64,000 bases of DNA from an uncultured Synechococcaceae cyanobacterium (GCA_902574955.1 CACGPQ010000001.1:3706-67705), one strand, 5' to 3'; shown: positions 40,997-50,118, counted from the stretch's first letter. Notes: generated by a model from the sequence alone, not told the origin. Numbers and translations: made by a program.

Positions 40997-43900
40997 TTAA
41001 ATAATATCGCTTATAACACTTTCATGTCCTTGACTTGTTAAGTATTCGGTCATTTGAGCTTGGTTTTGATAATTTGCATATTGAATATTGCCATCTGCAT
41101 GCATTAAAGATCTTAGATAAATATCTCCATTATTTGTTTTCCAGTAAACTTCCTGAAAACCATCACCATCAAAATCTCCGGAAGTTTTTACAGTTAGATT
41201 ATCGTTTAATAAATCATTTTGAAATCTTACCTGGCTATTTAAAGCAAGACGATCTTCATTATCGTCATCAAAATCTCCATCGCCATTTAAATCTATATAA
41301 CGATCAGAACCTGTCGCGCCAAATTGAGCTGGGGCAGGAGTAACACCATCTGCAAGATATCCTCCATTTTGTAATCCAACCTCAATTAAAGGGTCATCAT
41401 AAATCCCAACAACTCTTGTCCCACCACCTGCGCCATGATCGGAATAATCTATTTCTCCAGTAACTGAATCTATTTTCCCAGCAGCCCATCTTCCATTCAC
41501 TTTATTTGTAAAAATAGCCTCTAAAACTCCATCATTATTCAAATCTAATTTTCCTTGATACTTATAGGAATTCTTTATCTCATCACTAACAGTTCCAGTA
41601 TTTGCATGAAAATTTCCGTCAAAATCTTTTATACCTTTAAGGTAATAAGCTTCTCCAATAATATGAGAATTGATATTTTCTAAATTCCATATTTCTTTAA
41701 GTGCCTTTAGATCATTCTCTTGATACCAGTTCATCACTTGACCATTAAATTCATCATGCCATCCCATAACAGTTTGAGATCCTACACTTTCTTCTTGCGT
41801 TGAAAAAGCAGTATCACCATCAGAATCATCCCAAGGATGTTCAAGACCAATTAGATGTCCAAGTTCATGAATGAAAACTTTTTTCCATGATTCTTCTGAC
41901 ATGTTTGAAGATGGAATATCACCCGTCATTGTTAAATGAATTGGACTGTTTTCTTGTGAATTCCAAGAACCACTTACTGCATATCCATCTTCAAGATCAT
42001 GAATTAATATCGGTACATCTGCCTCTGCCAATGAATTTACTTCTACAATTTTCAAGGCAAGTTGTTCATCTAATTTGGAAATTGTTTCTCTGATCGCAGA
42101 ATATTGAGAAGCAGTAGGAGTTATTGTTGTTGTATCTACCTGATAGCCCAAAGCACTACTATGAATAGACCAATTATCAGAGCCAGGTGATATGTATAGT
42201 TTGAGTGTGTAGTCATTCCCAATGCCAGATCTTATTTCATTAAGTTCAGTATCTGAGGTTATTAATTGTTGAGTAAGAATATTAATGTCATTTACATCAT
42301 TTACTGTGACAGTAAGAGTTTGATCTGAGGTATTGCTTGCAGCATCTGTTGCTATGACGACAACAACATAAATATTATTTGAATCACTATCAGTTGGTGA
42401 TTCGTAATCTGGTGCAGAAGAAAAAGTTAATGCGCCAGTTGAAGAATTTATTGCAAATAAAGCAGAATCGTCTCCCCCATTTAATGACCAGGTAACAGTT
42501 TCATCAGCAGTAAAAGTATTTACAGTGGAAACATTTTCATTAATGGATACTGATGAAGTGGCATCTCCTTCTGTACCGGAGGGGCCTTTGATTAATGGAT
42601 TAGTATCATCAACATTACTTACAGAAACAGTAAGAGTTTGATCTGAGGTATTGCTTGCAGCATCTGTTGCTATGACGACAACAACATAAATATTATTTGA
42701 ATCACTATCAGTTGGTGATTCGTAATCTGGTGCAGAAGAAAAAGTTAATGCACCAGTTGAAGAATTTATTGCAAATAAAGCAGAATCGTCTCCTCCATTT
42801 AATGACCAGGTAACAGTTTCATCTGTTGTATATGTATGAACTGTTGTTGTATTTTCTGCAATAGATGTGGAACTGGTTGATGAAAGTGTTGGAGCTGTTT
42901 CATCTGCAGTGGTGAAATTATAAGTTGTTTTATCTGTTATTCCTGCATAAGAATTACCATAAAGATCATCAAAAGCAGTTGATGCTATCTGGATGTAAAA
43001 AGTAGTTTGTTCTGCTAAATCACTAGTAGGATTTATGGTGATTGTATTTGTTCCAGTTCCTGTAATTAAGGGGCTGGATGCAACATTAAAAGTTTCTACA
43101 GTAGAATCGTCGGATGATTTATAGATAACAATATTTCCAGTTCCTTTAGCTACTGCTTCTGAGAAAATTAAAACTATATTGCTGCTTGTAGCTATAGAAG
43201 TAGCATCATCAACTGGAGAGGAAGAAAGTAATGTAGGTGGTGTACCTGCGACAGTCGAATTATTAGTGACACTTGTAGAACTTAAAGTTGCAACATCATT
43301 ACCTGCAGCATCCTGGATAGCATTTGCATCATTGCTACCGGAGGGATCTGTATAGGCAACAGTGACAGCCTCATCATTTTTAACTGTTGTTGTAAGAGTT
43401 AGTTCTACCGTAGACCCAGAAACAGTTGCAGCGGTGACGCTATTACTGGAACCACCAGTTGTAACAGCAAAAGCAGAAGTTGCTGCAGTTGTTGCAGATA
43501 AAGCCTCGCTATAAGTAAGGATTACTTTTGTACCGTCACTATTTGTTGCAGCAGAGGAAAATGTTGGGGCAGTACCTGCGACAGTCGAATTATTAGTGAC
43601 ACTTGTAGAACTTAAAGTTGCAACATCATTACCTGCAGCATCCTGGATAGCATTTGCATCATTGCTACCGGAGGGATCTGTATAGGCAACAGTGACAGCC
43701 TCATCATTTTTAACTGTTGTTGTGAGAGTGAGTTCTACCGTAGACCCAGAAACAGTTGCGTCAGTGACACTGTTACTGGAACCACCAGATGTAACTGCGA
43801 AAGCAGAAGTAGCTGCAGTTGTGGAAGATAAAGCCTCGTTATAAGTGAGTATTACTTTTGTGCCGGCAGCATTTGTTGCGGCAGAAGAAAATGTTGGAGC

Positions 43901-46765
43901 AGTACCATCGACTTGAATACTCAATGTATCGCTTGAACTAGAAAAATATTGAGGATAGCCAATATCAATAATTTGCAGACCACTTCCTCCATCAGCTACA
44001 AAAGCGGTCTTACCATCGGCAGAAAGCTTCAGCTTGTAGGCATTGCTTGAAGTGTCGAGATTGCCACTTAGTGTTGGACTTGCAGGATTACTGACATCAA
44101 TAATATCTAGACCGTGAGCACGATCGGCAACAAAAGCAGTATTGCCATCAGCAGAAAGGACAACATCTTCGGCATTTCCTGAGGTGTTGTAAGTTCCTGT
44201 AAGAGAAGGACTTGCAGGATTACTGACATCAATAATATCTAGACCATGACTGTAATCAGCAACAAAAGCAGTATTGCCATCAGCAGAAAGGGTCACCGAA
44301 TAGGCACTTCCTGAGGTGTTGAGAGATCCAGTAAAAGATGGGCTTGCAGGATTGCTGACATCAATAACCTGAAGACCGCCTCCACGGTCAGCTACAAAAG
44401 CAGTATTACCATCAGCAGAAAGGGTAACTGAATTAGCACTTCCTGAGGTGTTGTAAGTTCCTGTAAGAGAAGGGCTAGACAGATTACTGACATCAATAAT
44501 CTGAAGACCGTGAGCACGATCGGCTACAAATGCAGTATTGCCATCAGCAGAAAGGGCAACATCTTCGGCATTCCCTGAGGTGTTGTAAGTTCCTGTAAGA
44601 GAGGGACTTGCAGGATTACTGACATCAATAATCTGAAGACCACTACTATCATCAGCAACAAAAGCAGTATTACCATCGGCAGAAAGGGTTACCCCTCTAG
44701 CAGCTCCTGCGGTGTCGAATGTAGATGTAAGAGAAGGACTTGCAGGATTACTGACATCAATAATCTGCAGACCTGATAAGGAATCCGCAACAAAAGCAGT
44801 ATTGCCATCGGCTGAAATAGTTACGCCAAAGGACCATCCTGAGGTGTCGAGAGATCCAGTAAGAGATGGGCTTGTAGCTACCGATGCATCACCATTAGCG
44901 AATAATTCACTGACATCAATGATATCTAGACCATCAAGGTTATCAGCAACAAAGGCAGTATTACCATCAGCAGAAAGGGTTACACCATAGGCTTTTTCTG
45001 AGGTGTCGTAAGTTGCTGTAAGAGAAGGACTTGCAGGATTGCTGACATCAATGATATCTAGACCATCACTGTAATCAGCAACAAAGGCAGTATTACCATC
45101 AGCAGAAAGTATTACATCATTGGCACTTCCTGAGGTGTCATAAGTTCCTGTAAGAGAAGGGCTAGACAGATTGCTGACATCAATGATATCTATACCGTCA
45201 TCAAGATCGGCAACAAAGGCAGTGTTACCATCAGCAGAAAGGGTAACTGAAACGACATTTAAGGTGCCGTAAGTGCCGTAAGTTGCTGTAAGAGAAGGGC
45301 TTGCAGGATTGCTGACATCAATAATCTGCAGTCCACTGATGCCATCAGCAACAAAGGCAGTGTTTCCATCAGGAGAAAGGGTAACTTTTTGGGCACTATG
45401 TGAGGTGTCGTAAGTTCCTGTAAGAGAAGGGCTAGACAGATTGCTGACATCAATGATATCTAGACCATCAAGGCCATTAACAACAAAGGCAGTGTTTCCA
45501 TCAGCAGAAAGGGTTACATCCATTGCAAAATTTGAGGTGTCGCAAGTTCCTGTAAGAGAAGGGCTAGACAGATTGCTGACATCAAAAATCTGCAGTCCAC
45601 TGGTGCCATCAGCAACAAAGGCAGTGTTTCCATCAGCAGAAAGGGTTACACCATAACTCCCTGCTAAGGAGTTGATAGTTGATGTAAGAGAAGGACTTGC
45701 AGGATTACTGATATCAATAATTTGCAGACCACTTCCTCCATCAGCTACAAAAGCGGTCTTACCATCGGCAGAAAGGGTCAACTTTCTAGCACTTCCTGAG
45801 GTATCGAGAGAGCCAGCAAGAGTTGGTGAGCTGCTGATCGATTTCACTCCATTACGATCCCAGGCTTTGAAAGTGATCAGATCACTAATTGTGCCATCGA
45901 AAGAGGCAGCCGAGTCAAAAGCTAAACGGGTGTTACTGTCGGCATATAGAACACGTGCCGAACTTTCTGAAACAGTTCCGACATCACTCCACGTGTTACC
46001 ATTATCTGTTGAATAGTAGAGAGTTCCACCTCCAAGATTGGTTCCAACGATTGCGATTGCTGCAGAATCTCCATCAGTATCACTGAAATTATTCAGAGTG
46101 CCACCAGAATCAATCAAGTCTGAGACGAGGGTCCCAACAGCCCCTGAAGGAACACCGATATTAGAAGTAGTTATTGTCAGTGCTGGACTTGCAGATGTAT
46201 CAAGGGTGGGACGTGCAGCTTCGATTGCAATTAGTTGACCATTAATATTTAAAGAATGATGATCGTTTTGATCCTTTTCAATATCAGAAACTTCAACCCC
46301 ACGAACTAAAGCTGAAAAAATCGCGCCTTCATCTCCATAAGTATCATCATTTCCGTTGATCTTGTAATCGATTGAATGTCCGAATTCTTCTAGTAGAACA
46401 TCTACGATTTGTTCAGTATTTGCTGATGCAAGAAAATTTTCATTAAGGTAAATAGTCTCTTCACCGTCTTTACCAGAACTGGTATATGCGCCATTAATTT
46501 CTCTTAAGATCTCGTTACTTAATAGTTCAACTTTTATACCTTTAGAGTTATTGAAAATTTGACTAACTAACGAATCAATCCCAGCATCATCAACGTTTTC
46601 ATAAGTCTGATTAATTATTTTTTGATATCGTGCTTTGTCTTCAAAAAACGAATTTAATTTTTCATTAACTATTTCTATAGATGCTAAAAAATTTATTGAT
46701 GTAAACGTTGATAAATATGAATTTTCAAAGACAATCTGCTTCTTCAAATAAGTAATAATTATCAA
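40997..46765 (-). CDS. Giant secreted/surface protein (1922 aa): 14 LVIVD-type repeats, 2 SwmB-like, Ig-like, 2 cadherin-like, metzincin protease and Asp-rich C-terminal domain; start uncertain
   Basis: Repeats are visible in protein and DNA; HELGHLIGLEH zinc motif with Met-turn TVMG; DxNxDG motifs. Confidence 0.88.
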   Translation of the reverse strand: MIIITYLKKQIVFENSYLSTFTSINFLASIEIVNEKLNSFFEDKARYQKIINQTYENVDDAGIDSLVSQIFNNSKGIKVELLSNEILREINGAYTSSGKDGEETIYLNENFLASANTEQIVDVLLEEFGHSIDYKINGNDDTYGDEGAIFSALVRGVEVSDIEKDQNDHHSLNINGQLIAIEAARPTLDTSASPALTITTSNIGVPSGAVGTLVSDLIDSGGTLNNFSDTDGDSAAIAIVGTNLGGGTLYYSTDNGNTWSDVGTVSESSARVLYADSNTRLAFDSAASFDGTISDLITFKAWDRNGVKSISSSPTLAGSLDTSGSARKLTLSADGKTAFVADGGSGLQIIDISNPASPSLTSTINSLAGSYGVTLSADGNTAFVADGTSGLQIFDVSNLSSPSLTGTCDTSNFAMDVTLSADGNTAFVVNGLDGLDIIDVSNLSSPSLTGTYDTSHSAQKVTLSPDGNTAFVADGISGLQIIDVSNPASPSLTATYGTYGTLNVVSVTLSADGNTAFVADLDDGIDIIDVSNLSSPSLTGTYDTSGSANDVILSADGNTAFVADYSDGLDIIDVSNPASPSLTATYDTSEKAYGVTLSADGNTAFVADNLDGLDIIDVSELFANGDASVATSPSLTGSLDTSGWSFGVTISADGNTAFVADSLSGLQIIDVSNPASPSLTSTFDTAGAARGVTLSADGNTAFVADDSSGLQIIDVSNPASPSLTGTYNTSGNAEDVALSADGNTAFVADRAHGLQIIDVSNLSSPSLTGTYNTSGSANSVTLSADGNTAFVADRGGGLQVIDVSNPASPSFTGSLNTSGSAYSVTLSADGNTAFVADYSHGLDIIDVSNPASPSLTGTYNTSGNAEDVVLSADGNTAFVADRAHGLDIIDVSNPASPTLSGNLDTSSNAYKLKLSADGKTAFVADGGSGLQIIDIGYPQYFSSSSDTLSIQVDGTAPTFSSAATNAAGTKVILTYNEALSSTTAATSAFAVTSGGSSNSVTDATVSGSTVELTLTTTVKNDEAVTVAYTDPSGSNDANAIQDAAGNDVATLSSTSVTNNSTVAGTAPTFSSAATNSDGTKVILTYSEALSATTAATSAFAVTTGGSSNSVTAATVSGSTVELTLTTTVKNDEAVTVAYTDPSGSNDANAIQDAAGNDVATLSSTSVTNNSTVAGTPPTLLSSSPVDDATSIATSSNIVLIFSEAVAKGTGNIVIYKSSDDSTVETFNVASSPLITGTGTNTITINPTSDLAEQTTFYIQIASTAFDDLYGNSYAGITDKTTYNFTTADETAPTLSSTSSTSIAENTTTVHTYTTDETVTWSLNGGDDSALFAINSSTGALTFSSAPDYESPTDSDSNNIYVVVVIATDAASNTSDQTLTVSVSNVDDTNPLIKGPSGTEGDATSSVSINENVSTVNTFTADETVTWSLNGGDDSALFAINSSTGALTFSSAPDYESPTDSDSNNIYVVVVIATDAASNTSDQTLTVTVNDVNDINILTQQLITSDTELNEIRSGIGNDYTLKLYISPGSDNWSIHSSALGYQVDTTTITPTASQYSAIRETISKLDEQLALKIVEVNSLAEADVPILIHDLEDGYAVSGSWNSQENSPIHLTMTGDIPSSNMSEESWKKVFIHELGHLIGLEHPWDDSDGDTAFSTQEESVGSQTVMGWHDEFNGQVMNWYQENDLKALKEIWNLENINSHIIGEAYYLKGIKDFDGNFHANTGTVSDEIKNSYKYQGKLDLNNDGVLEAIFTNKVNGRWAAGKIDSVTGEIDYSDHGAGGGTRVVGIYDDPLIEVGLQNGGYLADGVTPAPAQFGATGSDRYIDLNGDGDFDDDNEDRLALNSQVRFQNDLLNDNLTVKTSGDFDGDGFQEVYWKTNNGDIYLRSLMHADGNIQYANYQNQAQMTEYLTSQGHESVISDII
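42290..42890 (-). repeat. Two cadherin-like repeats, 318-nt offset
   Basis: Near-identical ...APDYESPTDSDSNNIYVVVV... blocks. Confidence 0.9.
43242..43905 (-). repeat. Two SwmB-like repeats, 330-nt unit
   Basis: APTFSSAATN...VILTYxEAL...VAYTDP...IQDAAGND duplicated. Confidence 0.85.
43960..45830 (-). repeat. 14 LVIVD-type repeats of about 126 nt, arranged 7+7
   Basis: Unit VTLSADGNTAFVADxxxGLxIIDVSNPASPSL, with a linker after repeat 7. Confidence 0.92.
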
Positions 46766-46877
46766 AACTTGTTCAATATTAACGTTTTAAGTAGAACTGC
46801 TCAATAAAATTTTCTGAGATTTATATTTCCAAGTTTAAGTTGATTTCTCATATCAATTCTTTTTTTATGAGTTTCTT

Positions 46878-47597
46878 CTATATTTTGAATTCTTTCATCA
46901 ATAAATTCCAACAAATTAAAGATGCATCTTTATCGAAGGATTCTCTTTCTTCGCACATAAAGCCATGATCAGCTCCCTCAATTTCTACATAGTTGAATCT
47001 CTCTTCTGAAGGATCTAATTTTTTAAATCTTTGTTTAATTTCTAATCGATCTTTTACAGGAATTAAATCATCTGAAGAACCGCAAATAAAATTTAATTTT
47101 CCAGAAACTTTTTCAAGCAAATCTATAGGTGCAAAATTAGTATCGGCTCTTGGAACTGTAACCCCCGCTCCATAAAAGCAAAATGAACTTTCTATTCCTT
47201 TCAATGAAGAAGCAATAAGTGCGGCATGACCCCCAAAACAAAATCCAATAATAGAAATTTTCTTTTTTGGATATTTTTCTTTAACCCAATTTATAGCTGA
47301 GGAAACATCTTCAATAATATTTTTTAAAGTGGTTAAGTTTTTATGATGCCTGCCTAATTTTAAGTCTTCTGCACTATATTCCAAGTCCAATGTTGGAGCT
47401 GTTCTTCCGTAAAGAGGTAAGGCTAATACATATATATTTTGTTTGGCTAATCTTTCAGAAAAATTTCTTATCCAATGATTTATCCCAAATACTTCTGGTA
47501 AAACTATGGATACATTTTCACATTCATTACCTAAATCTACCCACCACGATCTAAGGGGTAGATCGTCATTATAAATATTTATCCATTTACCTTTCAT
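46878..47597 (-). CDS. Dienelactone hydrolase family protein
   Basis: EVFG, GFCFGG and ADHGF motifs. Confidence 0.92.
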   Translation of the reverse strand: MKGKWINIYNDDLPLRSWWVDLGNECENVSIVLPEVFGINHWIRNFSERLAKQNIYVLALPLYGRTAPTLDLEYSAEDLKLGRHHKNLTTLKNIIEDVSSAINWVKEKYPKKKISIIGFCFGGHAALIASSLKGIESSFCFYGAGVTVPRADTNFAPIDLLEKVSGKLNFICGSSDDLIPVKDRLEIKQRFKKLDPSEERFNYVEIEGADHGFMCEERESFDKDASLICWNLLMKEFKI

Positions 47598-47738
47598 GAC
47601 TTCTTATCTAAAAATTTTCAACAATAAAAATAATAACTATTTCATAAGAAATTGTATTGTCTTAAATTTGAGTTTTCTATTACCAAATTGTCATATCAGC
47701 AGCCCCTTGTGATCCTTGCATCCAAGAATATTTAGAAA

Positions 47739-47900
47739 CTAAGACTTACTACTATTTTGCTTTTTGAATTTAAATTCAAAAAATGAAATTAATAAAATTA
47801 AGATACATCCTAAACAACTTCCTATTAACCCAAAAACAATGGTTGTAAAGCCATCATCGTAGCCATATTGTAATTGTGGTAAGTGAGGGGGTATTGGCAT
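47739..47900 (-). CDS. Small membrane protein (53 aa), not in the ORF track
   Basis: MPIPPHLPQLQYG... with one TM helix; TAATG overlap with the upstream ORF. Confidence 0.6.
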   Translation of the reverse strand: MPIPPHLPQLQYGYDDGFTTIVFGLIGSCLGCILILLISFFEFKFKKQNSSKS

Positions 47901-48043
47901 TATTTTTCAACAGAATTTTCAATATCTTCCAGTAAATGTTTAGTTGATCTACTAAAACCATTAGTTTTTAAATAGTTTTGAGCCTCTCTAAATTTTTCAG
48001 CTACTCTTTTTGCATAAGGAGTATTCATAGAATTTTGAGTCAT
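47900..48043 (-). CDS. Small hypothetical protein (47 aa), not in the ORF track
   Basis: MTQNSMNTPYAKRVAEKF...; translationally coupled to the next ORF. Confidence 0.6.
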   Translation of the reverse strand: MTQNSMNTPYAKRVAEKFREAQNYLKTNGFSRSTKHLLEDIENSVEK

Positions 48044-48199
48044 TTTGAAAATGCGACTCATTTTATAATCTGATTTAGGTAAACCCTTGATAAGTATTCA
48101 AAAATACAAGAATATAAAAATAGGATTTTTTACTTACTAAGAAATTTATTGTGAAAAGTTCTTGATTCTCCAAAATAAAGTTTTTTCAAATTAGAAAAA

Positions 48200-48490
48200 T
48201 TGACAATGACAAATATATTATTAATTCTTTTTTTTATACTTTTATTTTTATTATTTTTTTACTCAAAACATAATAAAAGGATAGTCAAAGAAACAACAAT
48301 TAGTCCAACTTATGTACCTTTCTTAAAAGAACAAGAATTTAATCCAGATATAAGTACAGATAATTGGGATTTACACAAAGCTAGATTAGATAAATTTGGA
48401 AGATCACAATATAAGGGATTAACTTTCTTCGTAAGTTCAGAAAATAGAATTTACTATCTTTCTGAAGTAGGGGAGAAAGTTTATTGCTAA
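48200..48490 (+). CDS. Hypothetical single-pass membrane protein
   Basis: N-terminal TM, 96 aa. Confidence 0.65.
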   Translation: MTMTNILLILFFILLFLLFFYSKHNKRIVKETTISPTYVPFLKEQEFNPDISTDNWDLHKARLDKFGRSQYKGLTFFVSSENRIYYLSEVGEKVYC

Positions 48491-48543
48491 CAGGAGAAAT
48501 TATTTTTATAAATAGGAAAAGCCGATAGATATTCATAATATTA

Positions 48544-48795
48544 ATGAAGTATTTATTTTTATTATCAGAAAAGTTCTACAGGTTTATCGAATGGGAGTGG
48601 AATACTTTAAAAAATCTAAGAAGAACAAAAAGAAAAAATTTTTTTCTAAGAGGATCATTTGCTCTATTTAGTTTATTCTCTATTCTTTTTTTAATATTTT
48701 CGCCTCCTATTGCTTTTGGAATGTTATTTGGAGAGGGATTAAAATTTAGTATTTTTTTTATTTGGATATGGATTTTAAATTTAAAGTTTTTTTGA
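48544..48795 (+). CDS. Hypothetical membrane protein
   Basis: 83 aa, two TM helices. Confidence 0.55.
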   Translation: MKYLFLLSEKFYRFIEWEWNTLKNLRRTKRKNFFLRGSFALFSLFSILFLIFSPPIAFGMLFGEGLKFSIFFIWIWILNLKFF

Positions 48796-48853
48796 AAATG
48801 TATAATTAATTTCCCGAGATTATTTAAAATTAAGAATATAAAAAATTTACCTT

Positions 48854-49069
48854 ATGCCAAAAATATTCAAACAAAATAAGTTCGCTTTGTTGGGAGCAAA
48901 TATATTAATAATTCTACTCTGGGTAACTATATCTTCTTTTTTTATAAATTTATTTAAAATTGAAAATGCCCCATTTTATATATATAAAATTTCCTTTTTA
49001 ATCAGATTCCTGCCACCTATTTGGGTTACATGGTTTCTATGGATAAAAAGAGGTGGTTTAAAAAGATAA
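48854..49069 (+). CDS. Hypothetical membrane protein
   Basis: 71 aa, two TM helices. Confidence 0.55.
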   Translation: MPKIFKQNKFALLGANILIILLWVTISSFFINLFKIENAPFYIYKISFLIRFLPPIWVTWFLWIKRGGLKR

Positions 49070-49161
49070 ATAACAAAAGCATTTTTACGGATTTACTATA
49101 AAAATAATTCAGTTAAAATCTGTGAGCTTAATTGAAATTTTCATGTAAGAATTAGGTAATT

Positions 49162-49201
49162 GAGAGATTGTTTTTAGCTAAGAAACAATCTCTTTTTTTT
49201 T
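49162..49201 (+). terminator. Rho-independent terminator
   Basis: GAGAGATTGTTT-loop-AAACAATCTC followed by a T-run. Confidence 0.8.
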
Positions 49202-49216
49202 AATATTTTTTCTCAT

Positions 49217-49254
49217 AAAAAAGTGCTTGTCAGTATCCCTATTGACAAACACTC
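49217..49254 (-). terminator. Terminator of the hli operon
   Basis: Minus strand GTGTTTGTCA-loop-TGACAAGCAC-T6. Confidence 0.8.
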
Positions 49255-49277
49255 ATGACGATCAATTTATTTAAAAA

Positions 49278-49457
49278 TTAAACAGGCAATCTATTATCAA
49301 TTTCAACAACTCCTGAATCCATAAGACGGCCAATTTTAATAACTAAAGACATATCAAGCCTTGAAAATTCAGATTGATGATTAGTTATCCAATCAAGTTC
49401 AGAAAGTGTAATAACACCTAAAGTGTTTACTTTAAGAAAAAGTAAGCCTAAATTCAT
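49278..49457 (-). CDS. Small protein (59 aa) closing the hli operon, not in the ORF track
   Basis: MNLGLLFLKV...ELDWIT...GRLMDSG; starts 1 nt after the hli stop. Confidence 0.75.
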   Translation of the reverse strand: MNLGLLFLKVNTLGVITLSELDWITNHQSEFSRLDMSLVIKIGRLMDSGVVEIDNRLPV

Positions 49458-49458
49458 T

Positions 49459-49587
49459 TTAAAAAATACCTGGGATTATCCAGCCAAATAAGCCATAATT
49501 TACAACTAATGCAAATAAGCCCATCATTGCCATTCTTCCATTAGTTCTCTCGGCGTTTTGCCAATATGTTGGTTTTGAATTTTCCAT
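49459..49587 (-). CDS. hli: High-light-inducible protein (42 aa), not in the ORF track
   Basis: AERTNGRMAMMG and C-terminal IIPGIF. Confidence 0.92.
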   Translation of the reverse strand: MENSKPTYWQNAERTNGRMAMMGLFALVVNYGLFGWIIPGIF

Positions 49588-49621
49588 TTTTTTTGAGTTG
49601 TAGGTTTTTAAATAGTAAGTT

Positions 49622-49882
49622 TTAAACGAAGCCGGGAATTATTTGACCTGTTGTAAGATATGCTCCAACAGCAGCAATTAATCCAAGCATTGCGAATCTG
49701 CCGTTTAGAGTTTCAGCAACAACTTTTTCTTTCTCGATTGTTTTGACTTTTGTGTTTGTGTTTTTCATTTGATTAGAAGATGAGTAGTTTAAATTTTCGT
49801 TTTGAAATTGCTTTGTTAGGTAAGCAACAAGGATAGCTGTAAAAAATACAATTACGGCCAAGAAGCCTGAAAGTGGACTCAT
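49622..49882 (-). CDS. hli: High-light-inducible protein (86 aa) with an extra N-terminal TM
   Basis: AETLNGRFAMLG and TGQIIPGFV; start at the TAATG overlap. Confidence 0.9.
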   Translation of the reverse strand: MSPLSGFLAVIVFFTAILVAYLTKQFQNENLNYSSSNQMKNTNTKVKTIEKEKVVAETLNGRFAMLGLIAAVGAYLTTGQIIPGFV

Positions 49883-50088
49883 TAAAAAATGCCAGGAATA
49901 ATTTGTCCAGTTGAAATGTAAGCACCTACTAATGCAACAAGGCCAATCATTGCCCAACGACCATTAACTTTTTCTGCATTTTGTGGGTAGCTGTCGTATG
50001 AAACAGACTCATCTATGTAAGGACGTGTTTCAGTAGGAAACATGTTCTGTCTACCGCCTGATTCAGTAGTAACGTTTGAATTAGCCAT
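49882..50088 (-). CDS. hli: High-light-inducible protein
   Basis: AEKVNGRWAMIG and TGQIIPGIF. Confidence 0.95.
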   Translation of the reverse strand: MANSNVTTESGGRQNMFPTETRPYIDESVSYDSYPQNAEKVNGRWAMIGLVALVGAYISTGQIIPGIF

Positions 50089-50100
50089 TGAAGTTGTGTA

Positions 50101-50118
50101 ATTGTTAATTAATGTAAC
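50101..50118 (-). promoter_or_regulatory. HLR1-like (RpaB) site upstream of the hli operon
   Basis: Minus strand GTTACATT-aa-TTAACAAT. Confidence 0.6.

Noticed and set aside
43960-45830. Repeat array as a CRISPR or a diversity-generating retroelement target
   Set aside because: The repeats are in-frame coding units without spacers. No cas gene, reverse transcriptase or separate template repeat was seen in the window.
49883-49957. Extended start of the 49622-49957 ORF
   Set aside because: It overlaps the upstream hli gene; the TAATG-coupled ATG at 49882 is more plausible.
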